Source: Camelus dromedarius | Taxonomy: Eukaryota | Assembly: GCF_036321535.1 (NCBI RefSeq) | Contig: NC_087452.1 | Coordinates: forward strand, 1,426,001 to 1,490,000 | Length of the DNA stretch: 64,000 bases | Direction of reading: 5' to 3' | Shown here: positions 24,276-37,000 of the stretch, piece after piece | How positions within the stretch are numbered: position 1 is the first letter of the stretch | Layout: the number at the start of each line of letters is the position of its first letter | The notes under the pieces: model-generated | What the model saw: the letters and a program-made list of their open reading frames with translations, nothing else | The model's database searches: none | Told to the model about the DNA's origin: nothing | Translations under genes and position numbers: made by a program

Positions 24276-24730
24276 ATGCGCTCAGGGCCGGCGGTGGGTG
24301 CAAAGCTGGCAGGGCCACCCTGCAGGTGCCGCCGGGCACTGTGTGCACTGGCACACGTGCCACAGACGGTGGACCAGTGCAGCCGCCAATGGCCCAGCCA
24401 CACGTGCGGCCGGCCTTCCGACGGCCTCGCGAGCACACACGTGCACACCCCCGCACACACCTGCAGGAGAGCAGCCAGCAGCCACTGAAGGCCCAGGTAC
24501 CATCTGGACGACCTTTGGGGGTCCTGCTGTCGGCTGGCAGGCCCAGGACAGGCCAGCAGCCTCCCTGCTCACACAGGGCCTGGACAGGGGGCCTGGCTGT
24601 GACTCTGTCTGTGTCCACAGGGGCCAGGCCAGCCCTGAGCGAGTGGCCTGCCCAGCTGCCCCTGCTGCCTGCCCGGTGGCGCTGCGGGCCCTTCCTTCTG
24701 GCCGTGCAGCATTTGCATAACACTCCACTA

Positions 24731-24894
24731 NNNNNNNNNNNNNNNNNNNNNNNNNNNNNNNNNNNNNNNNNNNNNNNNNNNNNNNNNNNNNNNNNNNNNN
24801 NNNNNNNNNNNNNNNNNNNNNNNNNNNNNNNNNNNNNNNNNNNNNNNNNNNNNNNNNNNNNNNNNNNNNNNNNNNNNNNNNNNNNNNNNNNNNN
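24731..24894. other. Assembly gap (164 N)
   Basis: Run of N. Confidence 0.99.
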
Positions 24895-26744
24895 GGCCCG
24901 TTTCCCCCTCCTTTGATTTAATTAAAAGCCCTTTTGTGTGTCTCTTGTCACTTCAGAAATGGACAAAGGCACCCGGGTGGCCAGCCGGGGCTCCAGGCTC
25001 GGGGGCTGGGGTCGCGGCGACGCAGGTCTCTGAGGTTCGGGCTGGCCACGGTGTGGCTGAGCACCGCACACATTCGCACAGGGACATGGATGCGGTCACG
25101 GACACCCAGGGTCACCTCCAAACACCTGACACACACGGAGGTGGGTGGTGACCTGCTTCCACACTCTCCACGCCTGTCCCGGCCACCGGTCACCCCCTGT
25201 GCCACCTGTGCAGGTGTGCGCCCAGTCACAGTCACACAGGGGGCGGTCTGGAGTGTCACCTGAGGCCAGTCTGGGCTGGGGGTTAACAGGTGGCGTTCTG
25301 AGTCCAGATCCGGGAAGACTGCGGGCTGCCTGGCCCACGGCCATCCCTGGCTAATGCCGGAGTGTGTCTCTTTCCCCGCTTTTCCGTCTCTCTGTCTCTG
25401 GGCCTCTGTCCCAGGCTTGACGCTTCAAGAAACGGGGCCAGGCAGGCAGCCTCCTGGGGCTGTCGGTCCCCTGGTTTAGACTGTGCCCAGGGCCCAGCCC
25501 CGTCCTCGGCCTCCTCCCGGATCCCGAGGTGCAGCAAGGAAGACAGCTTCTCCTGGGGTCTCTGCCGTGCTCCCCGCTGACCAGGCAAGTCCTTCTCCCC
25601 TGGACCAGAGACAGGCCGAGGGAAGCCTTCTGTGGGCACGTGGCCCCAGGGAGCCCGTGGAGACGCCGGGGGCCCTGGGGAGCTTCAGTTTTCTCTGCAG
25701 CCCGGGGGTGCGGTGGGGCGTGGATCTTTCTGCTCAGTGAGCCTGAGGCCCTCAGGACCCCTCAGAGGCGGGGCGCATGGAAGACCCCCTCCTGCTGAGC
25801 CTGGATTCCCGGGAGGGGCATGCAGAGATTCATTTTGTTCTGAGGCTGAAGGTCACGAACGGCTCCGCATGGAGAGCCTGGCTGGGTGGAGGCCCTGCGT
25901 GTCCCTCAGAGCCCCTCAGAAAGTGGGAGATGGGGCTTGTGCCACACCTGGGGCTCAGGGACAGGTTCAGACGCTGCCGCCGTGGGTGGCCATTGGCCAC
26001 ATCTTCCCCAGCCTCCTCATCCTATCAGCAAATACGGAGGGGCTGGGTGCGTGCTGAATGAACCCATGGTGTCCCGTGGCCACATGGCCGTGACCGTGGC
26101 AGGGTCCCTGCCCTCACCAGGCACCCACTCCAGTGGGGTGATGGTCCCGTGCGTGGGGCTGGGAAGCTGTGATGCAGCTGGGATGGTCAGAGGAGAGGCT
26201 CCCGGGGCTGCCTCCCACCCTGCACGCTGGTCCAGGGACCTAGAGCAGGACCAGCAGGGCCCGGTCCTGGGAGCTGGCCACCCTGGGGGCAGCTCCCCCT
26301 CCCCCCACACCAACCAGTCCCTTCTGGCTCAGGCTGACCAGCAGGCCCGTCAGCAGGGCCCCAATAGACTCCTGCCCCTGGGGTTGCCTGGCAGGCCGGG
26401 CCAGTCTGCTCCCACCCGCCTGCCCTGGCCAGTGAGGACCGGCCAGGACACTCCAGGCACCTTGCCCCCCACTGTCACACACACTCACACACGTGTTCAT
26501 TCACACACATCCACACACGTGGTTGCAAGTCACCTGAGGCCACACACTGAGCACACAGGCTCCCAGACGCCGACTGCCCGTGAGGAGGAGTGACAGTCGT
26601 GGCCTGGGCTCTGTGAGTCTGCCCACTTGGGCTGCTGACCGAGGGGGGGGCGCCTGCGGGGTGGGGGCTGCTGCCATCCTGAGAGCTTGCCGCGCGCCGG
26701 TGGCCGGCGTAAGCCCCCAGGACTCTCCAGGTCTCAGGCCAGGG

Positions 26745-26850
26745 CAGAGATCATGTTTACAGAGGAGGAAACAGGGTTTCAGAAGGTGAGTTAAGTTGCT
26801 CAAGGTCACACGGGGAGACGTGGACAGAGCCGGGCCTGGAGCTCGAGTCC
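26745..26850 (-). mobile_element. MIR fragment
   Basis: tttacagaggaggaaacagg...ttaagttgctcaaggtcacac is a MIR core in reverse. Confidence 0.75.
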
Positions 26851-27194
26851 CTTCACCTCCTGAAAGGCTAACGGCCCTGTGGCCTGACCAGGAGCAAGGC
26901 TGATGAGCAGGTGGCGGCCAAGCTGCATCTGGGACACCAGGAGGACGACCCTGGTGCTGACCCGGGAGCCTCACGGCTCCCTGTCTGTGGCGGGGGCCCA
27001 GGGAGCTGGGGAGCTGGCCGCTGCAGTGGGAGGGGTTCCATGCCTCTCAAGGTTGTCACAGAGCCAGAAACCAGTGATGCTTGTGTCCCCGGCAAGAGGC
27101 CTGTGACCTTGCCCCATCCAAGCCGGGAGAGCCTGCCGAGGGCTGCTGTGCACAAGTGTGAGGACTCGGTGCCTGGGGGACTCGCCTAGAACTA

Positions 27195-27440
27195 GGTCCT
27201 TCATTCAGTCATTCGGTCAGTCAACAGGTATGCACCCAATGCCCGTAGGGGCAGGCGCTGTCCTGCACAGATGGGCAAGACTGACCCGGGCCCTGCCCTC
27301 CTGGAGCAGCCATTCTACTGGGGAAGAGGAGCAGTACGCACCAAAGAAATGGATGAAGTGATTTCAGATAATGATCACTAGCCAGAGTAATCAGGGAGGG
27401 CTATTCTGAGGAGGTGACCTTTGGGCTGAGACCTGAATGA
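27195..27440 (-). mobile_element. LINE-2 3' fragment
   Basis: ttcattcagtcattcggtcagtcaaca...ccctgccctcctggagc...gaggaggtgacctttgggctgagacctgaatga. Confidence 0.7.
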
Positions 27441-27729
27441 CAAGGAGGCAGCTGGGCAAGGAATCCCCCCCACCCCGTCTGAGGGGTAGCTGGGGGCCCA
27501 GCTTCAGCCCACGGTTGCCTGTGGAACTGAGCACCCAATTTTGGCCAGAGGTTCCAATTTTGCAAGAAAGCTGGAAGTCTAAGTTTTTACACAAAACCTC
27601 CTGATTTTTCAAATGGCCACAACTGTTTCAACTTTTTCAGAAACTGTAAGCCACAGAAACCTTTCTGGGGGCCAAAACCACCAGCTTGTGGCCTCTGGTT
27701 TGAGACCTCACTAGGGAGGGAGGGCCTGG

Positions 27730-27865
27730 AGTCAAGCCCTGCCTCCCAGACCTCCTCGCTGTGTGACCTCGGGCAGGTTGCCTGTGCTTTCTGCGTCTCA
27801 GTGCTTCCATCTGTGAAATGGAGACAATAACAGCGCCTGCCCTACAGGCTGCCATGGAGGGTTAA
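27730..27865 (+). mobile_element. MIR
   Basis: gctgtgtgacctcgggcagg...tcagtgcttccatctgtgaaatggagacaataacag. Confidence 0.8.
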
Positions 27866-28760
27866 GTGCTTAATCTGTCCATTTATTCAGCAGATGTTCA
27901 TGAACACTTCTGTGCACCAGTGTCAATGCTAGGTTTGGAGGTCATAACAGCAGACAAAAAAGACAGCCTCTGCCCTGGTGCCTCTTACCACCCATGCGGG
28001 ACAGAAAATGAACAAATGAGTGAGCACCACATAGGAATGCTGTGTAGCCAGAAGGCCAGGAGAGAAAACAGGACCAAGAGGGAGGCAGGAAATTGGCATT
28101 GTAGATGGAGTGGTCAAGGAGGGCCTCCCTGAGGAGGTGGCATCGGAGTAAAGGCTTGAAGGATACAAGGAAGTGAGGTACACAGATATCAGGGTGAAGT
28201 GATGCAAGCAGGGGAACAGCCAGTGCAAAGGCCCTGAGACCTGGCTGCTCAGGAATAACTAGAGATTCGGGTCAGGGAGGTGGGGAGGCGGGTTTGGAAG
28301 GAAATCAGGTGGGCCTCGTGGAGGCTGTGAGGGCTTCAGCTTTCCCTCTGAGACGACAAAAGGTGAGAGCCAAGGGAGGATGTGGAGCAGAGGAGAGGAG
28401 AGGTCTGACTTCTGTTTCCACAGGAGCCTGTGGCTGCTGCTGGGGCAGAAGCTGGGAGAGCAGGAAGGAGGCTACTCCAACAGTCTGGGCAGCACTAGGG
28501 GCTGGCCCAGGGCGGCAGGGGCTGGTAGAAGCCAGTTAGATTCTAGGCAGATGCTGAAGGTCAGGCGGGCACAGAGAGATGTCAAGAAGATGTCCAGGTT
28601 TGGTCCAGGCGCCTGGAAGATGGGGAGGTGGAGAAAGCTGGCTCAGGGTGGATGTGAAACTGAGGTGGACACGCAGAGGAAGAGGCTGGAGAGAGGAGGC
28701 TGGGAGCAGAGGGCACCCCACCTGGGACTGGATGGGGTGGGGGGCCAGTGCAGATGCAAG
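27866..28760 (-). mobile_element. LINE-2 fragment (~0.9 kb)
   Basis: catttattcagc tail, gggaacagccagtgcaaaggccctgag, ggcttcagctttccctctgag and ggagatgtcaag blocks in L2 order. Confidence 0.75.
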
Positions 28761-28829
28761 TGAGGACAGTGGCTCTAGCAGCCAAGAGTGGATGGATGGA
28801 TGCTGATAGCATTTGTCATTTCAGGTTCC

Positions 28830-29480
28830 AGGGAAGGGGCTGGAAGCAGCTCCGGAACGCAGGCCGGGGAGGCGACGACGGGCGGTCCGTGCGGGCCGGG
28901 GACACAGCCTGAGGGCTCCGGTCCCGGGCCCTCCCCTCCCCCTCACCACCTGCGGGGTCGGTCAGACCCGGCCTTTGTCCCGCGCCCCGGGCGGCGCCCC
29001 CCGAGCAAACACAGCTGAGCGCCGCGCTCGCGTGCCGCCCCCGCCCCCAAATCTCCGGCGGGCGGCGGGCGCGGGGCAGGCAGCTTAGCGGGGCAGCTGC
29101 GGCCGCGGGCGGGCTGCGCTCGGCCGCTCCCACCGGCGCGCGCCTTTGTCATGCAGATGCCCGCGGGCGGCGCGAGCTCGCTCCCCAGCTGACCCAGGGC
29201 GCCCGCTCCCAAAGCAGGCCCAGGCCGGCGCAAGAGCCGCTTTCTTCCCCCGCCGGAACCAGATCTCCCCCGCGCTGGGCGGCCTGCGCCAGCCCCTCGG
29301 CGTCTCTGGGCCTGTCTCCTTGCGTTCCAGGCAGAGGCGCATCAGGGGAGCGGCCCCCGTCCCTCCCACACGGACCCGGTCCAGCCAGACCAGCAGAGCG
29401 GGCCCTGACCTCTGCCCGCACTGTGCGTCGCGGGACCCAATCCCTGCCCCCGCTGGCCTCAGTCTTCCCATCAGGGCTTT
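28830..29480. promoter_or_regulatory. Orphan intergenic CpG island
   Basis: Dense CG dinucleotides (e.g. cgcgccccgggcggcg, gcgccgcgctcgcgtgccgc), with no coding exon recognised nearby. Confidence 0.85.
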
Positions 29481-32400
29481 GAGGGCTGGACCCAAAGGCA
29501 GGGAAAATGTCTGGGATGAAGCTTCTGGCCCGAGAGGCCGCCAGGAGGCTGACGGCACAGGTGTAACTGCCTGGGGCTCAGTGGGGGCTCTGGGTAAAGG
29601 CGTAGCTGCCCCCATGCCGGACCCCCTCCCTCCCAGCGCTGCCCGTGCTAGAGGAGGTGGGTGGGGCCTTGACGGGGGTCACGCCCACTTTCCCCTGAGC
29701 AAAAGATCGGCCAAACGAGAGGTGATCAAATGGAAAGTTATTTACTGCCCGGTGTCAGGCGTCAGGCCTGAGGCCAGACCTGGAGGAGAAACATTCCTGG
29801 GCTGGAACTGGGCCTGGAGGAGCTGGTGTCCTGCGGGTCACCACGTCCTCCTGGGAGCGCCTTCTCTCCCCACTTTGCAGATGAGGGGCCCAAGACTGCG
29901 AGCCCTGGAAACCTGGCCCCAGCCCTTGTCTTTGCCTGCAAAGAACGGAGGCCTGGAATTTGTGCCAGAAGGTGCAGAAATGACCCACATGCGGGGACCT
30001 GATGCTTGGCTTCCAGAAGCACAGAGTAACGAGTCCTCAGCCCACCCTGGGGGAGAGCAAGTGACCGATGGCCTGGGCGCTGGGCGCTGCAGGCAGGCCC
30101 CTCCCCCTCCACCCCCAGGTGAGTCCCGCGGTCACCGCTCGGAATTCCAGTTCCGTGGGAGCGCTGGGCCAGTGATTTCACTTCTAGGACTTCATCTTTA
30201 GAAAGAGTGGCCAGGACGACAAGGAAAGTGTACTTGTGTGCAGACCAGGATGGCTGCTGGGCAGATGGGCGTCCCTGGCCTCGCGTGACCTCAGTGTCCT
30301 CATCTGGAAGGTGGGGACATGGTGACACCTACAATGAGCCCCAGGGCCCGTGGGGAGTGCGTGAAGCCAGGCGCGTGGGGGCACATACGACAGGGGTTCA
30401 GTGGAGGAAAGCGGGGTGCTGGGTGTGATGTGGCCCTCTCTCTGGGTGGCTCCTGGGTTCTCCTCAGCGATCCCACCTCCCGACCCCACCCTCCCTCACC
30501 CCACCAGGTGGTCCCCAGCTCAGGCTGAGGAGGTTGCTGGGGAGAGGGGCGTCAGTCAGTCTGTCCAGTGGACTGTGTGTCAGTCCAGCCCATGCTCAGC
30601 CCCGCCATTACAGGGGAGGGTGGGCAAGGGGAGGGGAAACCAGCCGCCCACACCTCCCCAGGCCCTGGCTCTCTGGCTCAGGCGGGAAGGGGAGGCAGGG
30701 GACGGTGGGGGGTTTACCTCACACACCTCCAGGGAGGGGCCTCTGTGGCTGGATCCAGTTTCTGGCAGGACTGGTTAGTCCAGGTGGCCCTGGGTGGATG
30801 GCCGAGATGAGGTCTCTGCGGGTTGGCTGGGGCACGGGAAACCCGTGCGGGGCTGAGACAGGGTGGCCCAGGCCCGGCCAGGCTCAGAGGTGCTGTGTGG
30901 GCTGCGCCTATCTTGTCCCAGCTGCTGCTGCCAGCTTTTGGGGACCACACGGATGCCCTCTCTGCACCCCCTTTCCCTAGCCCCAGAGAGAGGTGACTCC
31001 GGGGAGGGGTGGTGCAGGCCCAGGGTTGCCCAGGCAGGATGTGCTGCAGGTAGGCGTTTGCACGTGCACACACAAGGTGCTGAAGCCAGGAGGCAGTGTA
31101 GACTGAGGCTGCCCGGGTGTGAGGTGGCCCAGGGCTCCACATTTCAGGTGGCCACAGGCTTGGTCATGTCTGTCAGACCTTCTGGAGGACCCCGGGCTGG
31201 CTGGGCCAGCTTGTCCTCCTAGCCTGCTCTCCTGGGCCGATGGCTTCCTGCTGTCTTCACGTCACCATGACCCAGAGCACTGACCTCTGGTTTGAGTGTC
31301 ACCCTTCCCTGCCTGGACCCTGACCACTCACCCTCAGGGATCTCACAGCCCAGGGAGAGGCTGTGGTCCCCCACTTCATGGGGGAAAGCCCTTAGTCCTC
31401 CGCACAGGACTCCCTCCTTCTCAGCACAGACCTGGGGAAAGGCAGCCCTCGGGTCTGAGCGCAGAGCCTGAAATGGGGTTTGCAGGAAGTATCTGTGGGA
31501 AGTAGTCCCGGGGAACAGGGGGCGCCCTGGGGGGCGGGGCACGGCAAGGGGAAAAGCCAGCAGGAGGAGGCATTGTTGGAGTACAGTCAGTGGGTACAGA
31601 CTCCACCGTGCCACCTGGGACACCTCAGGCTCGGGCTGAGAACCGGCCACCCCAGGGACAACAGAGGATGTAGCCACAGGCTGCCACCCCACCGGGCGAG
31701 GCTTGTCCATCAGCCTCCAAACTTCTGGGTTCGTTTCCCAACAGGTCCTGCAGGCGGTCCTCACGCCGTATCAGAGACAGCTGGGCTGTCAGCACCCACC
31801 AGATGGTCACCTATGGCCGCGGCCAGGACGAGCCAGGCTGGGAGGACTTGAGGTGGGCCACAGAGGTGTCCGATACAGGGCATGGTTTAAACAGAGCGTA
31901 TTCCGAAAATCTGAGGTTCACTAAGGCCCATGGATCAGGAGATGGCTGCCATCTAAGAGGTCGTTTCTACACACAGTCCCAGAGGAGGGGGACGCCACCC
32001 CACGCAGGGCCACGAGGGGGGGCTCGGGGAGGTCGGGAGGCAGCAGGCAGCAGGCAGCAGGACAGGGACCTGGGGACCACCTAGGGGCCCATCGTGTGTG
32101 ATGAGCTGGCGTCTAGACCGGCAGAGATGAGGTCCCACCCTGGGGTAAGTTGAGAGAGTGACCACTGGGATCGCTCCCCATGTGCTTGGTCAGGGGGAAA
32201 CTGACTGAGGCGCCACCTGCCCAGCTAGTGAATTGCAGCCACCAGGCCCCTGTGAGCGAAATGGCAGTGCAGGGTCGTCAGCTCAGTAGAGGTGAGTTGC
32301 CGGCCAGTCCCCTTGCGGTGACCCCATCGGCACCCAGCTTCAGTCTCTGCCGTGAGGGCGGGGTGTTTGCCCGCAATGGTGGTGGGAGCTGTTGGGCCTC

Positions 32401-33834
32401 TGTACGTGTGCGCCCCGCCCAGACCGCGTGCAGACGTGGGAGTGGTCGCCGGGCAGGCAGTCCTGCCCCCGGGTTGGCGCATCTCTCCTGGGGCTGGGGG
32501 GCTACACGCTCTGTGCCTGCCCAGAAAGTTAATCCCCCGACTCCCTGGCCTCAGCAGCTCTTGCTCCTTCCAGGCCCACGACCAACCCGCAAGCCACCAG
32601 CTGACGTCCCTGGGGTCCAGCCGCCCCTTCCCCAGGTGGCTCCTCCCTCCCCTCAGGTAAGCGAGGGGCCACCGCCCAGACCACCTCTCTTGACCCTTCT
32701 CCTTTAGCAATGCCCCCTCCTCAGGGCTGGTGTCCAGCAGAGCCATCGTGAGCCAGGCCTCGTCTTTTTCTCCTCCATCCATTGACCTTGGGGAGCCATC
32801 CTGGGAGGCCCCAGGTGGGCAGAGGAGTGGGTGTGGGTACAACAGAGACGGGGAATGTGGGAGGCTGCAGCGTGCTCCCTGTCCTGTGCTCCATGCAGGG
32901 GGCCGGCCCCAGACCCGGCTGTGGGTCTGATGAGGACCAGATCCAGTCACGCAGTCATGGGACGTTCCCCCACCAGATGCCCGGCCCCTCAGGGCCCTGA
33001 AGCATTCTGGGAGCTACTCTCAGAGTCGCCTGGCCATGCTGGGGCCTCTGAGCATCTGTGCTGACCCCTCCCACCAGGGCTGGCCAGCAGCTCCATGCGG
33101 AGCTGTGTCCACCACCATCTGCTGGACCTGCAGGTCAGGTGACTGGGGGCAGCTGATGACAGTCCGAGCCTCCTGCAGAGTTGCTTCTTGCTCTGGGCTG
33201 CATTCAGAACTTGCAGCCTTTGGGTCACCTAATGACTGGGTTGGGCAGCATTTCCAAGTGCGATGTTGGCTGCACCCCTGATGCCAGGGCCCACTGAGGG
33301 CTGGGTCTCTTTCTTCTTGGCTGGAGGTGCGAGGGGCAAGAGCTTGTCCTTTTTGCCAAAAGGGACTCCCCAGCTTGTCCGGGCCTTGGGACCCCTGAGG
33401 TCTGCACTGGCACTGTGAGCCTCACGTGCCTCATGGGATGGGGAGGGCGCGTGCGTCACCCGCCCGGGTCTGCGGAGCACGGTGTCATCCGGGGACTGGA
33501 CCTGCAGGATGCTGGCTGGCAGACCCAGCGCCAGCACTTCCTGCAGGGGCACATCCAGCCTTCCTCCCTCTGGTGAAGTCCTTAAAATGCAATGCAGCCT
33601 TCAGTGTTGTTAAACCACCATAATATGCCCCATTTCCACACCAGGGACCCAGCTCCATCTTTCCTGTTCGTGCAGGCGGTGTCTGGAAGTGCAGGCGGTG
33701 TCTGGAATCGCACTCCCTCTGGGGTCGACCATGATTATTTTGGGTGGTGGGACTTGGGAGTGATTAATTTTGGGTTTTGATTTTTCTGTTCTTTAAGTAT
33801 TTAAAATAGGTATGTCAATCATCGCAAGGAAAAA

Positions 33835-34010
33835 CTTATTTCTTTTTTTGGTACCCTTATGAGATGATGGATGTTAACTGAGCTCACTGTGGTGGTGACT
33901 TCCCCGCACGTGCTCGTCAAGTCATTACGCTGAACACCTCAACTCGCACCCTGATGTATGTTACTTACAGCTCAGTAAAACTGGAAAAAACTTAAAAATA
34001 AAAATAAGTT
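33835..34010 (+). mobile_element. L1 (L1MA-like) 3' end with A-rich tail
   Basis: gatgatggatgttaactga...tcaagtcattacgctgaacacc...agtaaaactggaaaaaa. Confidence 0.7.
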
Positions 34011-37000
34011 TTCAAAAAGTGTGTTAAATGTTTAATAAATGACATTTTAAAAACTCAGTGAACACTGCTGAACGCGTCCCGTGAGCCACAATATGGCAGT
34101 CAGGTTTGGGAGGACTTTGCTCTGAGAGTAGGGGTGGGGGGTGCCTTTCCAGAACCACAAAATTTTAAATAAAGGGAAAGAAAAACCATTTATCCTCCTT
34201 TCCTGTGTGAACTGTTTCTCAAGATTAACTGATGAGGGAAGCTCTGTTTAGGAAAATTCCAAGTGATCAGTGGAAAGGGAATGAGACTTTGCAACCCTCT
34301 CCTGGTGGTATTAGGCACCGCCATCAGCGGTCCCCGAAATCGTTAGTGAAAAGCAGACAGTTGCTTTGTTGTGAATGGGCCGGGCTGAGAACTGGAGCCC
34401 CTGGTCAATTTTAATCTCGCAGAAAGGAAGTGATCAGATGTTCGGCGTGTCCTGGAGCGACCCCGCAGGAAGCACACATCGCCAATGCAGTGGGCCTGTC
34501 AGGGACTCTGGCCTGAATCTGATCAAGCCCCTGGCCTGCAGGAAACACGGGGCTCAGAAGGAGCAGAAGGGCCGAGGTGGCACCCGAGATGGGGCCCACC
34601 TGGCCTCTCCTCCTTCACTCCCTCCTCCTCCCTTGGCCTCTGAGCATCCCTGGGGCCTCCTCCATCCCTGCCCACACCTGGTGATCGCACCCATTCTCGG
34701 CCTCTAAGCACGTTGCAGGAGCTGATGGATGTCGATATCCCCCCAGTCCTCATCTTTCTCCTGAACCCGAGGTCACGTCTCCACGCAGTTACTGGGCATC
34801 GCTTACTTGGCGGCCTAGCATGCGGGTCAAGCTCAGCACGCCCCAAACTGAACTCTAGACTTCCTTCCACGAGTCTGCCTGCCCCACAGTCGTCCCCGTC
34901 CCAGTGAATAGGGGGGACAGTGTCTTATCAGGACAGAGACCTCAGAGTGACCCTCGACTCCTTCCTCTTCCCCGGTGCCCAGTCCATCGGCAGAGCTCGC
35001 CAGTTCTGTCTCCCAGATCCTCTTCAACTGTACCACCGTCCCCACTGCCCTCCTGGTGGGAGGCCCCCCAGCCGACAGCCACGGCAGCCTCCCCCTCCCC
35101 ACTCCACCCCAACAGTCCCAGTGACCCCCCAAAACACAAGTCAGCCCTTCTCTGCTCCGCAGCTTCCCACGGCCTCCCACACACTCAACAGAGAGCACGG
35201 CTCTTAGAAGGCCCACGAGCCTTGGAGGGTGATCCAGGCGCTTCCGCAACTCCCACCCACTTCGGCTCCGAGCCCTCTGCTCTTCAGGGCTTGCGGGGAG
35301 TGCTGTCCCCCAGTCATCTCCCGTCCGGCCTCCCCGTCTGCTCCAGGGGACGGTTCGTGCAGGCTCAGCGCCGGGCAGTGCGCAGGACACAGAGAGCGAA
35401 TTCCCAGGGCGCAGGGTCTGAGAGGGAGGATTCCCAGGTGACGGGGTGGACATGCAGGTGGCCAGAGGGACCACTCTTGAGAAGGAGCCCAGAATGGGGT
35501 CAGATCTGGGCAGGAAGAGACTAAGCTCACGTTCAGCACAAGGACCGAGTGGCATCCGTAGGTGTCCTGGATGGCACCCACGGCACAGCCCCACAGGTGG
35601 ACGGTCTGGAGCCCGAGGCAGAGGGAAGACGGGGAGGCAGTACCGGGGCCAGCATGGCAGCCGTGGAGGCACCGAGACCACGCTGCCCAGGTTAGCCCCG
35701 GGTCTGCGTGATACCAACGCTCTCCAACCAGCTGGGCCTGCTGGGAGGAGATCCAGCAGCCAAATTCGTGTATGAAGCAACGCGCAAAGGGACAGCACAG
35801 CTGACTCGCTTCATGGAGACACAGACACACCCAGGTGGGTGGTTCCTCGAGCCAGCCTTTCCCGGCCAGCAACCAGCGGGCAATTGATAAGCCTAATTAA
35901 TAATTAACTGCTAAATTAAACATCTACTTAAAGCAAGTGTGGGAATCAGTCTGCAATGACTGCCTTTGCCCTCCTTTCCTAAAGGGGCCCTGTCAAAGGA
36001 ACAAGGACGGTGTTGGGACCACGTGGTGGAGGGCCCACCATGGCGCACGTCAGGGTGGTGCGCAGGACCCAGCAAAGTTGGAAAGGGGCCCAGGCCTGGC
36101 CCACAAGGGTCCAGGACACCAGCCTGGTCTCCATGAGCTGGCATGGAAAGCCTTCTCCACCCAGAAGGCTCTGCCAGTGATGGCGAGCTGGGGACAGGCA
36201 GAGGCCAGCCCTGCCCTCCAGGAGCTGGCACCCCGACTTCCAGGCAGATGATATTCAGGAACCCGGAAGTGGAGAGAGCCCAACTCCTGTGGTCCCAAAG
36301 GAGGGAGAAACGGGGTGGCGGGGCCACGGGCCACGAAGACGGCTCCTCTTGGCCCTGACAGTGAGGAGCGGGAAGGGCACGCTGGGTGTGGGAGCTGTGT
36401 GGCTGGAGGCATGGCTGTGGGGAGGCGTGTGCGGGTGGCCTAGGGTTCGGGGTGGCACTGGGGCCTGAGCATCTGGAGGAGAAGATGGTTCACATGTACC
36501 CTTGCTACCACCTCAGAACCCCACGACCCCAGGGGTTTCCTGACCGGCTGCTTGGGTGACCGCAGGCGTAACCACGGCGCCTGGGGGCTCAAGTAGCTGG
36601 TGGTGCCAGGTTCCTGCTTTGGGGGTGTGACAGCGCAGTGTGGTTGGTGGGTAGGGCGGCCCTTGCCCCGCGCTGCCCAGCTCCCATGTCTCCCAGGCCC
36701 CATGGAGGGGAGGCCTGTTCCGCTGGCCAAACCCCACCAAGATAGGGAGTGCCAGGGCAGGGGACGTGGGGCCAGGAAGCCCTGGCGGGGGAAGGGGGAA
36801 GGGGGCTCAGAGATGTCATCTGAGGTCACACTTAACATGGGGTGGGCCCAAGACCCCTCTAAGATGCTGGTGGAGGCTGTGATCAAATCTTTTCTTAACA
36901 CAAAACCAGCCTCCTGGGATGCCTGCCCCGGACAAGCTCTTCTCTGTGAGCCTGGCCTTCACAGAGCATTCGCAGGGCTCACTAAGAGGGGTGACTAGTG

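Noticed and set aside
31510-31530. CTCF-like motifs (AACAGGGGGCGCC here; also ~32210, ~49485, ~25285)
   Set aside because: Only partial matches to the core; not supportable without a PWM scan or ChIP data in such GC-rich DNA.
33670-33707. 19 bp direct duplication gtgcaggcggtgtctggaa
   Set aside because: Simple tandem duplication; only two copies and no spacer, so not CRISPR-like.
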